A stretch of DNA of 64,000 bases from Chiloscyllium plagiosum. Taxonomy: Eukaryota. The position numbers and the translations under genes were made by a program. Of this stretch, positions 25,111-39,174 are shown in pieces; within the stretch, counting starts at the first letter, position 1; each line of letters opens with the position of its first letter. The DNA is taken from positions 48,100,043 to 48,164,042 of the forward strand of contig NC_057728.1 in the NCBI RefSeq assembly GCF_004010195.1, read 5' to 3'. The notes under the pieces were generated by a model that made no database searches, was not told the origin of the DNA, and worked only from the letters and a program-made list of their open reading frames with translations.

Positions 25111-26294
25111 AACAAGTGCAGTGCCCCTTCCATGTGAATCAAAGGCTCTGGGTTCAAGCTCCACATTAGGTCCTGATGTTTAAGGAAAGTGTGTTTGTGC
25201 TCAAACAGTTTAGGAATGCATGAAGACACCTTCCCTGGGCATCAGGTCTGGAAATGAGCCTCAAACCCAAAGCCAGGAATGCTACCCATTCTGACACAAG
25301 ACCTCCAGAGAAAGGCATTTAGTAGACAAGTCTTTTTGTGGTAATGTTTTAGATTCATGGTCACTATAACTGATAATAGCTTTTATTTAGATTGTATGTT
25401 CATTTCATTAAGTTTATAATTGCCATTTGGGGTGGGATTTAAACTCATTTCTCATGAATACTGATGCAGGCTTCTGGATTACTCATCCAGTAACATAATC
25501 ATTATATAATCATATCCCCATGTGCAGTGTTTTTTATAATATCTCATTAAAATAACGTTTCCTTGAAGAGCTGTTTCTATACATTCTCTAAGGATAGAAG
25601 TGAAATCATTTCAAAGTCAGCCAAGAGAAGCCAAGTGTCTGTTACCTAGTTTAATACTTCACTGTTAAACTCTTTTCCTCGATTAATCGGAGTGCCATCT
25701 GAATACATTCAGCTTCTGCTGAGATTTCATTGCAAATCTGCAATGGGAAAATGGAAAGATTCAATGTTTGTGACAAACCTAAAAATAACCAGAGACAATG
25801 TCACTCCATGATGGAAGCTGAAGAGTTCGCCTTGAATTTTAACTATTCTCTTTCACACACATAGAGTTCCTACCTCTGGATTCTACCAAAGAACACTTTT
25901 AGGTTTTGTTTTTAAATTGTTGGAATGAATAATAACAGGCACGGAACTTTTTGTTCTCTTTCCCCATAGCGTTTGACTTGCCAAAAATGTTAACTCAACA
26001 TATAAATCCAGTTTAATACTCAAAGTAAATAAATTCATCTTTAAGTATAGACTGAATGGTAATCAGGAGAAATGTAACAAAGTACAGGGATTTTATTAGT
26101 GGCAGTTGTCACAGTAAAGGAATTGAAATACTAAAGGCAGAGGGAAGGTCATATTGTATTATTTACAAGTGGCTGAGTTGCTTTGGTTTTCAAATCACAG
26201 GCAACTTGATGGTTATTACGTGAGGAGTTTTTCCTTGTGCTGTTATGCCTGAAAGAGCATCTGTTTTTGTCTTGTGGCTTCTACCTTACTTATA

Positions 26295-27445
26295 ATGAAC
26301 AAAGGACAGTACAGTGCAGGATCAGGCCCTTTGGCCCACTAAGCCTGAGCTGACACATGGTGCCTTTCTAAACTAGGAAACCTTTTACCTCTAAACAGAC
26401 TGTACCCCTCTATTCTCTGTCTATTCAAGTGTCTGTCAAGATGCCTCTTAAACATGGCTATTATATCTGCTTCTAACACCTCTTCTAGCAACGCATTCTG
26501 GACACTTACCACCCTCTGTGCAAAAAACATGCCTCTCACATCTCCTTTAAACATTCCCACTTTTACTTTAAACCTATGTCCCTTCATAATTGACGTTTCT
26601 ACTCTGGGAAAAAGAGTCCGACTATCTATTCTATCCATGCGTCTCATGGTTTTGTAAACTTCTATCAGGTCGCCCCCTCATCCTTCAATGTTCAAGTGAA
26701 AACAAACGCCCCCCCCACCCCCCTCAACAAGTTTGTCCAGTCTCTCCTCATAAATAATACACTTCAAACCAGTATCATCCTCATAAGTCATTTTGGTTTA
26801 TTTTCAAATTCTCCATATCCTTCGGGTGTTATGACAACCAGATCTGTATGCAATATTCCAAATGTGGCTTATCTAAAATTCCATACAGCTGCAATATGAC
26901 TTGCCAATTTTTACACTCAATGCCTTGATCCCCTTGTGTTGCCACTTTCAGGAAACTGTAGACCTGCATGCTGAGATCCCTCTGTAAGTTAATGCTTGTA
27001 ATGGCTCTGCCATTTACTGTATACTTCCCTCCCTTATTAGACCTTCCAAAATGCATCACCTCGCATTGTCTGGATTATATTCCATCTGCCACTTCTCCAA
27101 CCATGTCTCCAGTCTGTTTAAATCCTATTGTATCCTCTAGCAAATCTCCTCACTGTCCCCAGCTCTTCCAGTCTTAGTGTTGTCTGCAAACTTACTGATT
27201 AGACCTCATAAATTCTCCTCCAAATCATTTATTGATATTATAAACAAAAGGGGTCCCAGCACTGATCCATGAACACCACTGGTCACAGCTCTCCAGTCAG
27301 GGAACACCCTTGCACTGCTACTCTCTATCTTCTATGACCAAGCCAGTTCTGTATGCATCTTACAAGCTCACCAAGGATCTGATGTGACTTCACCTTCTTT
27401 GTCAGCTTGCCATGAGAGACCTTGTCAAAGGCCTTGCTAAAGTAT
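26295..27445 (-). mobile_element. CR1 LINE RT and 3' fragment
   Basis: ORF 26339-26647 (GHRFKVK..FKGDVRG.FF.QRVV) and ORF 26829-27059 (MHFGRSN, PHLEYCIQ). Confidence 0.88.
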
Positions 27446-28389
27446 GCTTCCCACATAATGCAGCACTATTCCTAGCTACATGCCAAATTTGATTTCATCA
27501 CTTCCTGTGCTTTGCTGCTGCATCTACTGTGCTACTTCATTCCCCAATATCTAGCATTTATTTAAATATAGAGAAAGATTTGTTGCTCCCGGAGTATATC
27601 TCAGAATGTCGGGTGTAGATATCAGCAATCCCACATGTTTTTTCCATCTATTCAGCCACTGGCCAAAAACGCTAAAGAAATATACATTTATCATAGTTCG
27701 GGAGTTTGATATCATATGATATGTAAAGTTTATTCTTAAATTGAATAATTATGACCACATCTAAGACTCAGTAGGATAACCGTTCAGAGCAAGTACTTTT
27801 AAATGTGAGCTGCTCAAAAGGCATTGATTGGAAAATGCATTTAAATCTGGAACAGGAAATTTGAATACACAATGAATGGGTGTACGTTGGCAAAGATATG
27901 AAAGGAAAAGGATTTGGGTGTGATAATTGGTCATTCACGAAAATATCAGTCATTGTGAAGCTGTTTAGCAAGCAATTCAAGTACCAGACTGCACCTTGAG
28001 GGCATTTTGTTGTGTATTAAAGGCAAGTTATTTTGAGGTTATTTATCTCATTTGAGCACATTTACGGATGACTGGAGAAATTACATTTAAAGTATGTACT
28101 GACCTCTCTGCTACAAAAAGATCCATTGATGACCCCCACCCCCCACCTTGTTTGTCATGTATTGCCTTGTTCTTCATATCCACTTAAAGTTTCTATAACA
28201 TTGGATAGGGTTGCACCATGATTGCTATGATTTCAGAGTCTTAAACACTCACCAGGCATCCCATGTCCTGTATGCTGCAGGAAGCTCACAATATTCAGCA
28301 CCATTCCACTTAGCTGTAGGTAGAGGAACAAGAGAAACAACACAATTCAGTTCTGTCCACTTTACACTAAATAACAAGGAGCTTCTGTT

Positions 28390-31172
28390 ACGACAAGAAA
28401 GGGAATTCATGGAATGCTTACAGGATGGCTTTTTGGAACAGCTTGTCAATGGAGCCCACAAGAGAGCAGGCTATTCTGGACCTAGTGCTTTGCAATGAAC
28501 CAGACTCTATAAAAGATCTTAAAGTAAGGGAACCCTTAGGAAGTAGCGACCATAATATGGTAGAGTTCAGTCTGGAGTTTGAAAGGGAGAAGGCAAAATC
28601 GGATGTAATGGTGTTACAGTTGAATAAAGGTAATTATGAGGGCATGAGAAAGGAACTGACTAAAATAGACTGGAAGCAGAGGCTAACCGGGAAGACAGTA
28701 GAGCAAAAATGGCAGGAGTTTGTAGGTATAATTGAGGACACTGTACAGAGGTTCATTCCCAAGAAAAGAAAGATTAACAGGGGAGGGACTAGACAACCTT
28801 GGCTGACAAAGGAAGTCAGGAAATGTATTAAAGAAAAAAAGAGATCCTATAAAGTGGCTAAGAACAATGGGAAATCAGAAGATTGGGAAGGATACAAAAG
28901 CAAACAGAGGATAACAAAGAGTGTAATAAGAAAGGAGAGGACCAAATATGAAGGTAGGCTAGCCAGTAATATTAAAAATAATAGTAAAAGTTTCTTTCAG
29001 TACATAAGAAACAAACGACAGGCAAAAGTAGACATTGGGCCACTTCAAACTGATGCAGGAAGCCTAGTGATGGGAGATAAGGAAATAGCAGGAGAACTTA
29101 ACAAGTACTTTGCGTCAGTCTTCACAGTGGAAGACATGAGTAATATCCCAAAAATTAAAGGGTGTCACGGGGCTGAGTTGAGTATGGTTGCCATTACGAA
29201 AGAGATAGTACTAGAAAAGTTAAAAAGTCTTAAAATTGATAAATCTCCTGGCCCCGATGGGATACACCCTAGAGTTCTGAGAGAGGTGGCTGAGGAAATA
29301 GCAGAGGCATTGGTTGAGATCTTTCAAGAGTCACTGGAGTCAAGAAAGGTCCCGGATGATTGGAAGATGGCTGTTGCAACCCCCTTGTTCAAGAAAGGAT
29401 CAAGGCAAAAGATGGAAAATTATAGGCCAATCAGCTTAAAATCGGTTGTTGGTAAAATTCTAGAACCCATCATTAAGGATGAGGTTTCTAAATTCTTGGA
29501 AGAGCAGAGTCTGATTAGAACAAGTCAACATGGATTTAGTAAAGGGAGGTCATGCCTGAATTTTTTGAAGAGGTAACAAGTAGGTTAGACCAGGGAAACC
29601 CAGTGGATGTGGTCTATCTAGACTTTCAAAAGGCCTCTGATAAGGTGCCACACGGGAGGCTGCTGAGCAAGGTGAGGGCCCATGGTGTTCGAGGTGAGCT
29701 GCTGGGATGGACTGAGGATTGGCTGTCTAACAGAAGGCAGAGAGTTGGGATAAAAGATTCTTTTTCAGAATGGCAGCCGGTGACGAGCGGTGCCCCGCAG
29801 NNNNNNNNNNNNNNNNNNNNNNNNNNNNNNNNNNNNNNNNNNNNNNNNNNNNNNNNNNNNNNNNNNNNNNNNNNNNNNNNNNNNNNNNNNNNNNNNNNNN
29901 NNNNNNNNNNNNNNNNNNNNNNNNNNNNNNNNNNNNNNNNNNNNNNNNNNNNNNNNNNNNNNNNNNNNNNNNNNNNNNNNNNNNNNNNNNNNNNNNNNNN
30001 NNNNNNNNNNNNNNNNNNNNNNNNNNNNNNNNNNNNNNNNNNNNNNNNNNNNNNNNNNNNNNNNNNNNNNNNNNNNNNNNNNNNNNNNNNNNNNNNNNNN
30101 NNNNNNNNNNNNNNNNNNNNNNNNNNNNNNNNNNNNNNNNNNNNNNNNNNNNNNNNNNNNNNNNNNNNNNNNNNNNNNNNNNNNNNNNNNNNNNNNNNNN
30201 NNNNNNNNNNNNNNNNNNNNNNNNNNNNNNNNNNNNNNNNNNNNNNNNNNNNNNNNNNNNNNNNNNNNNNNNNNNNNNNNNNNNNNNNNNNNNNNNNNNN
30301 NNNNNNNNNNNNNNNNNNNNNNNNNNNNNNNNNNNNNNNNNNNNNNNNNNNNNNNNNNNNNNNNNNNNNNNNNNNNNNNNNNNNNNNNNNNNNNNNNNNN
30401 NNNNNNNNNNNNNNNNNNNNNNNNNNNNNNNNNNNNNNNNNNNNNNNNNNNNNNNNNNNNNNNNNNNNNNNNNNNNNNNNNNNNNNNNNNNNNNNNNNNN
30501 NNNNNNNNNNNNNNNNNNNNNNNNNNNNNNNNNNNNNNNNNNNNNNNNNNNNNNNNNNNNNNNNNNNNNNNNNNNNNNNNNNNNNNNNNNNNNNNNNNNN
30601 NNNNNNNNNNNNNNNNNNNNNNNNNNNNNNNNNNNNNNNNNNNNNNNNNNNNNNNNNNNNNNNNNNNNNNNNNNNNNNNNNNNNNNAGAGGTGGAAAGGG
30701 TTGGGGAGATATGCAGTTAGGTCTAACATATGAGGAACGGCTGAGGATACTGGGATTGTATTCGTTGGAGTTTAGAAGATTAAGGGGAGATTGAATATAG
30801 ACGTACAAAATAATACATGGCTTGGAAAAGGTGGATGCTGGGAAATTGTTTCCGTTAGACGAGGAGACTAGGACCTGTGGACACAGCCTTAGAATTAGAG
30901 GTGGTCATTTCAGAACAGAAATGTGGAGGCATTTCTTCAGCCAGAGAGTGGTGGGCCTGTGGAATTCATTGCCACGGAGTGCAGTGGAAGCCGGGACGCT
31001 AAATGTCTTCAAGGCCGAGATTGATAGATTCTTGTTGTCTAGAGGAATTAAGGGCTACGGGGAGAACGCTGGTAAGTGGAGCTGAAATGCGCATCAGCCA
31101 TGATTGAATGGCGGAGTGGACTCGATGGGCCGAATGGCCTTACTTCCACTCCTATGTCTTATGGTCTTATGG
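28390..31172 (+). mobile_element. Young 5'-truncated CR1 LINE ORF2 spanning the gap at 29801-30686
   Basis: Open 383-aa ORF 28425-29576 (SDHN, KSPGPDG, NYRPISL, QHGF). A small deletion frameshifts it to YLDFQKA; C-terminal ORF 30822-31085 and tail (tcttatgg)n. Confidence 0.95.
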
Positions 31173-31924
31173 ACAACAGAAACAATAATGAATGTTTGGT
31201 TGGGTTTCAAAGTCTATTAATCACTCCCATTTAGCAGGCGTTCTAATCCAAGAACTATTGAAACTTTTAAGAGGCTGTGGTGACTGAATATGCATTTAAT
31301 ATGTTTATAAATACAATAGACACTTAAAGGATTACAATTTTTTTGTACTTTACTGTATGCGAGATTTGAGGGGTGGTGATGGGTGGGTGGGTCGGGTGAA
31401 AGGGTGTGGCAGTGTCATGAGCAATGGATAGGAGGTGTCAAGGGCTTTACAATTGTGTTGGGAGCTGGACTATTATGTTCAATGATCAAGACCGGGCTTC
31501 TAACCAGCTAGTCTCTACACCTATACTCATCACAAACTTCACCATGGCTCACATGGTGAACCCAAATCCTATGAAAAAGAGAAAAATCCCAGGCAATGTC
31601 ACATAGGTTAGATGTGCATTTTGAAAAGTTTTGGACAGAACGGGTAGAATTTTCCCAATCCTACAGCAATGCCCAAACTCTGAAGTCTACCTTTACTCAG
31701 TTTTAGGTTAATAAAACCATGAAATATTACAAAACATAGCTTCCAACTCTACTTCCTACCACTAGTCTCAATAACAGCTGCTTTGTACTTGTTTGAGTAA
31801 ACCTAAACAAGTGGCCAAATTAATTAATTAATAATCTCTTTAAGGTTGCTGACCACCTCTTCATATATGCTCAAATAACCATCCATTGAATGCCTCTCAC
31901 CATTTTCATACTTACCCTTATTAT

Positions 31925-32408
31925 AGAGTTAGTAATGTTGCTGTGGTTCTGTTCGCTGAGCTGGAAGTTTTTGTTGCAAACGTTTCGTCCCCTGTCTAGG
32001 TGACATCCTCAGTGCTTGGGAGCCTCCTGTGAAGCGCTTCTGTGGTGTTTCCTCCAGCATTTATAGTGATTTGTATCTGCCGCTTCCGGTTGTCAGTTCC
32101 AGCTGTCCGCTGTAGTGGCCGGTATATTGGGTCCAGGTTGATGTGTTTGTTGATGGAGTTTGTGGATGAGTGCCATGCTTCTAGGAATTTCCTGGCTGTT
32201 CTTTGTTTCGCTTGCCGTATAATGGTAGTGTTGTCCCAGTCAAATTCATGTTGCTTGTCGTCTACGTGTGTGGCTACTAGGGTTAGCTGGTCGTGTTGTT
32301 TCGTGGCTAGTTGATGTTCGTGGATGCGGATCGTTAGCTGTCTTCCTGTTTGTCCTATATAATGTTTTGTGCAGTCCTTGCATGGGATTTTGTACACTAC
32401 ATTAGTTT
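31925..32408 (-). mobile_element. Penelope family B 3' fragment (GIY-YIG and hammerhead-containing terminal repeat)
   Basis: ORF 31996-32535 gives TNVVYKIPCKDCTKHYIGQTGRQL.IRIHEH; near-identical to 47193-47778 over the shared 3' region. Confidence 0.92.
31976..32015 (-). ncRNA. Minimal type-I hammerhead ribozyme motif (Penelope family B)
   Basis: The reverse strand reads GCA-CTGAGGA-T-GTCACCT-AGAC-AGGGGAC-GAAA-CGTT-TGC, with stem I GCA/TGC, a paired stem II and a palindromic ACGT in place of stem III. Confidence 0.75.
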
Positions 32409-32658
32409 GGACAGATAACCAGGTCTGACCTACAAAGAATGAAAGGGAAAGGATCAGGATACAATATTGGAGTTGTGGTTGCAGATGGTCTGACGCTGGT
32501 GAACAAGGAGCAAGGTGAATGACAGCCAAGTGCAAATCGGTATGTCTAGGCAGTCCAGCTTTCTCTGTAACATTTTCATGAAAGCAGAAGAAAACAGGAG
32601 ATGAACAGAAAGTTGAGCTGATCTAAAAGAAGCAGAAACCAATTCACCTGCGCTGGTA

Positions 32659-32929
32659 AGATTAGATTACTTACGGTTTGGAAACAGGCCCTTTGGCCCA
32701 ACAAGTCCACACTGACCCACAACCCCCTACACTTAACACTAAGGGTAATTTAGCATGGCCAATTCACCTAACCTGCACATTTTTGGATTGTGGGAGGTAA
32801 CCAGAGCAGACCCACACAGACACGGGAAGAATGTGCAAACTCCAAATAGAGTCGCCTGAGGTGGGAATTGAACCCAGGTCTCTGGTGCTGTGAGGCAGCA
32901 GTGCTAACCACTGTGCCACCCTGCCACCC
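32659..32929 (-). mobile_element. HE1-type SINE (internally shortened)
   Basis: Same sequence family as 3386-3690. Confidence 0.88.
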
Positions 32930-33294
32930 AATGTCAGGTTTGTCTCATCAGTGCTGAGAAAAGTTGATATTAGGATCACTGCTTTGCATATAATCATGTT
33001 GCATCCAACCTATAGGTAATTGGTGGCAATGAGGTCAAACATAGAAAGAAACTCTAACCCAATGATAAAATGAAGCAAAGAACAATGGATGCTGAATAAA
33101 TGAATCAAAATCAGCAATTGTTGGGGAAAGTCAAGATGTCTGGCAGCATCTCTGAAGAGAAATCAGAGTTAAGATTTTGAGTCCAGTGACAATTTCTGTT
33201 TTTAATTCGAACCCATTGGACTGGTACTTCATACTTTGGTCAAAAACTTCAGCAAGCACAACAACGAAGAGAACTGTTTATTTGAGATATCATA

Positions 33295-33640
33295 AAAGGA
33301 AAGGAAAGATAATTTATTAATCATCTTTCACAATCTCATAGTGACACCCAAAATAAAAACATACAATAAAAGTACTTTTGAAGTGTAGTCATTTTTGTAA
33401 TATAGATAAGTTTCAGCAAATGTGCACACAGCAAGGCCCTATAAGCAGCAATGAATTACATGACCAGACAATTAGATCGTTGGTTAAGGCCAATATATTG
33501 GCTGGAACTTGGGACACTTCAACTGTTCTTCTTCAAACATTTACACCTCAGAGGCAAATGGGCCTTTTTTTAATGTTTTGCTTTGATTGATCTTATGAAT
33601 TGGGTAGATTAAAACTGAAATCTATTCCTCTGGAGACTAA
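33295..33640 (-). mobile_element. Ancient Deu-domain SINE (SacSINE1/AmnSINE1-like) remnant
   Basis: The reverse strand cttgctgtgtgcacatttgctg...attacaaaaatgactacacttcaaaagtact resembles the Deu-domain 3' core as I recall it. Confidence 0.55.
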
Positions 33641-36600
33641 GCAATCTAAAAGAATGCCGGGGTTAGCAAAAATATTACGAGTCGTATGGTTTAGTCATTG
33701 AACTCCATGCACAACAAGTGAAGTCAACATCAATGTCAGTAGTAAATGCTATTGTCCAGTGAATGAAATTTATCATTCCCAAGAGCATAGCTTTAGGACT
33801 GGTATCAAGATTCTGCTGCTCACATATGGGAATCAAATCATGAATTCTCCCTCTGAATTTAAAAAAAAACTTCCTCTCTTTACGAATTTGCACATCAAAT
33901 TCAAACATAAGGTTTGTAAAAGGTAAACGTAAGGTCATCATAGTTCCATTGGGGTTTGTAATGAGTATCTTTAAGTTATAAAAACATAGAGCAATCAAGA
34001 TCTTGAACAATATTGTCAAACTACCTCCTACTTTCTACCCCTCCCCATCTCACTTAAAGATTCTATACCCAGAATATTCAGTGCCAGTAGTGTCTCTCCT
34101 TCAGGCATGTCTCCATGTTGGCAATCCCCATTCTTTTATTAACTCACTTCCCGACCCACAAGACCCCTTGCACTAAAATAAATGCTCTCTAGCCTTGCCA
34201 TGCTTCCTTTTGCCCTAACTTGACTATATTTACACTGCTCTCTACACTGATTTTCTTCTTTCTGTATACTTGACTGTGTATTACCCCTACTGCACCTCCA
34301 CTCCCTATACCAAAACATGCCAAAATAGTTTAAACCCCCGCCAAATGCACTAGCAAAAACCTTACAAGGATGTTGGTATCATTCCATTCAGGCACAATGT
34401 GTCAGATTTGTACAAGTTGCACCATCACCAGAAATGAACCCAGTGATCCAGGTTTCTAAAGTCCCCAATCCTGTTCCAACTCTCCAGCCTTTTCTACCCA
34501 CCTGCTTGCTAGGACATGGCATTAGAAGTAATCTTTGAGGTCCTGATTTTTAATCTGCTACCTTGCTTCCTAAATCTTGGTGAGCATACAGATGATTGGT
34601 AGCTATTGTCGTTTCAACAGCACTACATTCCAAGGATAACCACTAGCTCGTCCTGAATAAGAGGAGTCAATTTTCAGGTAGTTCCAGGGCATCACCACAA
34701 TAAGGCTTGAGAGGTAACAGGGCGACTGGGATTCAGACTCCAATGTGAAAAGATCAAGAGGAAATGCAGGACCTTCTTTGTGGAGCCAGTTGGGTGGATT
34801 TCTCCAATGGGCCCAGGAAACCGGCAAAGGTTTACCTGACACCAGGCACGCAGCTGAGGCTGTCAGTCACCTACTTTGAATACATCTCCCCTATCAGAAT
34901 AAAATAATGGCAGGCCCTGAAGTGACCACTTTAAATCCTTGATACATCCAATGGTGGCCCAACACCTTCACCACTCCCTATAAAATTTAAGGTGGTCAGA
35001 GACAGGCAGGTAGGCAGTGGGCAGGTCATGCATTTCATGTTATGATCCTTCCCCCATGTAAAATATCCTACAGCAGAATATATCATCAGTTCAAGGTAAA
35101 GAGAGAGGATGCTTCAAGTATTAAAACTTTTCTAATGTTGGAGGAGTACAGCTGCCAATATGACAGTACAACACAAAACACTGATGCCCAAGTAAGGGGT
35201 AATGTATGTGAGTATAATGTGAGCTAGCTGGATAGGTATGCTATAAATCACTCCATACACAGTGTGAGGGGCCTGCTCGTGTCAGCCAACTTCTGGACAA
35301 TTTAAACAAGCTCTTGTAAATTTTTTACTTTGCTTTTACAGTATTCTGCATAAATATGATTGTGAAAATCTCTTCTTAAGCAAACTGAGATATTTTCAAG
35401 CTGAGTGGCACACATTCTCTGTGCATTATTGTTCAGAAGTTCAAGAAATCACCTTTTACGTTTTTACATAATTGAACAATAAAGTCAAATTTGTTTGCAC
35501 TATAATGCTTTTGTCCTTTGGATTCTTTCTCATATGTATGTCTGAAAGCGTAGGATGCCAAAGCATCTGATGGGTGTGGTAATATAATTGTTTGAATGCA
35601 GAGGATGTCTCATGTTGTTCAGAAGTGAAAAGAGTTATGCCAGACAATAGTAAATTAGTTAAAAATAATTTTGTACATGTTAATGGACATAAATTGTCAA
35701 TTTTGATAATGGCATTTTTAGAATAAAGCATTGATCACATGTGCAAACATTTCATAAAACCTAATATACCTTCATGCTGACCTTAAGGATAATATTAAAC
35801 AGCCTTTGCATGCATAAATCATATTGTACATATAAATTTCTATAGTGATTTATTATTTCAATGTTTGCAAATAATTTCCAGCCACTCGAACATTTGGCAT
35901 AACTCAGCTGAAAACATTGAAAGTAGTTGATGAACATATTTAAGCTGCAAAAGAAAACAAAAAAAAACCCAGCTTCACTATTGATTCAAACCAGTTTGGT
36001 TACAAATTGGAATTGATGGTGCACGATTCGCAATGAGAGGAAACCACACCAGAAATAAGGAAAAGCACACTTTATAAACTCTGCTGACATGAGGGATTGC
36101 TTCGATGTGTCAAGTATGGGAGAAAGAAATGTGCAGCAATAGGTCAGACATTTTGGTGAAAGTGTAACTTCCGTTCTAAAGAAGTATCATGTTGGACTTC
36201 AAACATTAACTGTTTTCCTGGGTCTGTCCAACACTTTGTTTATATTTCAGATCTCCAAAATTCACAGTATTTTGTTTTTGCTTTCAATTATTTTCTTGAT
36301 GGGAATCAAATCAGAATCTACAACAGCACATTTAGGGACTGCTTTCCTTCCAAATACCTTCGCTTGGACAAGAAGCATGAGGTTCCTGGTTTCCCTGATA
36401 TAGTGACAGATTATACCGCCTTTTGCTAATCCAAATCCATCATTTGAATGGAAGCCATGTAAAATTTAATTGGTTTAATTTACAGGATCTCAGAGATTTT
36501 CACAAGCCATTTAAATTTAAATAAAACACGTTTTGCTTTTTAAATAGGCTCAAGCTACCATTATTTTATAGCATTATTTACTATTATTAATGTATCAATT

Positions 36601-36694
36601 ATTTGAGAATATTAGCATTTTCCAAAAAGCATAGCAAGGAGGCTATCCAATGGTAATGCTGCCAAGCCAGTAACATGATGTCAATATGACAATT

Positions 36695-37215
36695 AGTCAT
36701 CGAGTCATGCATCACTGACCCAGACCATTTAGCCCAAATCATCATGCTGACCATGTTTCCTAAACTGAACGTGTCCCATTTACCTGTGGCCCATAATCTG
36801 TCAAAACCTTTCCTATCCATGTATTTGTACAAATATCTTTTAAAGTTTGTAATTGTACTTGCCTCTACCACTTTTGCTGATAGCTATGTGAAAAAGTTGC
36901 CCCTCAAGGTCCGTTTTAAATCTTTCCCCTCTCACCTTAAACCTATTTGCTCTGGATTTGGATTTCCCTACTCTGGGGTAAAGATCTTGGTTCTTCACTT
37001 TATCTATGCCCCTTATGAGTTTATAAACCTCCATAAAGTCACCTTCCAGTCTCCTTAATATTTTTGTAAACCTTTTTTGTATCCTTTCTAGTTTAATAAC
37101 ATCCTTCCTATAGTAGGGCGACCAGAATTGTACAAGTACTCCAAATGTGGCCTTACCAATGTTTTGTACAGCCATAACATGATGTCTCAACTCCTGTCTT
37201 CAATGCTCTGATCAA
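36695..37215 (-). mobile_element. CR1 LINE 3' fragment
   Basis: ORF 36840-37190 gives VQFWSPYYRKDVIKLERIQKRFT. Confidence 0.85.
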
Positions 37216-38209
37216 TTGTCCAATAATCAAGTTGATTCAGTTTCAGCATTGATATTCAACAATTTACAACTATGTCTTTCAGGCAATATGTTTTCTTAAG
37301 AAACTCTTGAAAATCTATGCACATATGAGCCCTGAATAAGAAACATTTTAGAATTATAAATGATCTAATCTTTGTGCCACAGAAAGGGTGGAGTGATTGG
37401 TACGGTCACGTAGCAATGAGATTCTTGTGGAAATAAATAATTTTATCCACTGTAAAGGAACTAGGAGGCTTCCTGTTCTCTCATTGGTAAGACACTGGCC
37501 ATTAGAGATTGAGAAAAGTCGAGTTGCCAAAAAGAAATTGTTATAGTGTAGTGATTGCCAGCTTAAGGTCAAGGTTAATGAGTGTTAAATGAGGTGTGTT
37601 TTCCATCTTGTTTGGCACATCAAAGAACACAGTGAAGATTACATTTTACTTTTGTCAATGCTCTTGCACATCCGCTGTAATGATATTTCATGTCATGACA
37701 CAAATGCACTTTATCCTCAAGATTTTGGCATGGGGTCATTAGCTGCACATAATCCAACTGCTTTTTGATTAATACATTTCCCACGGTAAAAGAGGAAACC
37801 AAGTGACTGATAAGTGTACAACAAAAGAGCTCCACTATCAGAAGTCATAAAATTTGTGCCACTTTTATTTTCACATTTAAAGAAACTGCTGCATTATTCT
37901 TCCAAGTTGAGGTTAAGATTGAGTTACTGTAATTACTTCAAAGGGAATTAGAGACTTTTGTTCTCAGGAAGCTAGTTTTATAATTTCGTTTGAGAATGGT
38001 GGGCAAAAATACACAATTTGTTCTTTGCCGGTGTTATTGAAAAATGATTCTATACATTGGTGCTGATTTAGAATAAGAAATCATTACATAAATATTGTAT
38101 TGGAATGCTTTGATTGGAATGTAGTTTTCGTTGGGATGTACTAAATCCATCTATTGGCTATTTTGAAAGTAGCTATGGCTAGTTCTAAATCTGCTAAATC
38201 TGTCTTATA

Positions 38210-38979
38210 CAGTGGAAATTAGATTATCCGAATGTGATGGGCGGGCACTATTTCATTTGGATAATCAATTATTCGGAAATTCGATTAAATGCCTTTCCTC
38301 TGAGGCTCAGAGTTTTAAAGTCCCTATTCAGGAGACTGCAGCAGCACACAGCGCGCGAGACCCCGCCCCCAACACTGCCACCCTCTCGTCTTCCCCGGTC
38401 CACCTCTGCCCCCCAACCCTGTCCAAACCCGCCCCCGCCCCTCAAATCCGACCCCCCAATCCTGTCCAACTCCGCTTCCTGCCCTCCAGCACAAAGCATG
38501 CGAGCCCCTCCCCCAAGACAGCTCTCGCCCCCCCCCCCCCGTCACCCGTCCACATCCCGACTGCACACCAACAAGACTGCTGCTGCTGCTGCTGCCGCTG
38601 CCTTTGTGGGATAAGTCTCCAAATAGCGCACGCGCGCGCGCACACACACAGCCACACACACAACTTTTTACTGCAAAGTTTTGACAGGTTCCATGTTTGC
38701 CCTGTCTTGTCTCCAACAAGACAATGTTGGAGAGATAATTCCTGGGAAGGCGAGGGGTTAGGTTACACCCCTCCATAGAAATCTAGGGAAAGTGTGGAGA
38801 GAGAGAGGGGGCAGGAGGTCAGTCATTTGGAGACTGTACCAGTTTAATCACTGTAAACAAAAGGCGTGATCACTGCTGGAAACACGTCTTTGATGTAATG
38901 TTTCTATCGGGACCTCGAGATCTCCTTCAGATAATCCGATTTTCGGATAATTGGTATTCGGATAATCAAGTTTCCGCTG
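38210..38979. mobile_element. Non-autonomous pogo/Tigger-like (Tc1/mariner) DNA transposon, 770 bp, with a GC-rich core
   Basis: Imperfect 23-bp TIRs: left CAGTGGAAATTAGATTATCCGAA, right (reverse complement) CAGCGGAAACTTGATTATCCGAA. TA on both sides (38208-38209, 38980-38981) and subterminal cggataat repeats. Confidence 0.85.
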
Positions 38980-39174
38980 TACAATCACACATTGTTTTGG
39001 TAATATGATAAAATGAGTTTCGGGTAGTTCAAATGACATCCAATCACCAAGAATATACAGCACAGATGTAGGCCAATCAACTGTACAAGCCTTTTGCAAT
39101 ATTTATGCAATACTCAAAATTCCTGCCAGCTTTCCGCAACCAAATGTATCATTTTGATTATCAATTCATTGACA

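Noticed and set aside
29552..30808. Long ORFs of 316-393 aa
   Set aside because: They are artefacts of translating the N gap at 29801-30686 inside a CR1. The same applies to ORFs over the gaps at 8276-8324, 9425-9472 and 62090-62348.
38212..38778. Several overlapping Pro/Gly-rich ORFs of up to 188 aa
   Set aside because: They reflect stop-poor, GC-rich, low-complexity sequence inside a MITE, with no transposase or other motifs.
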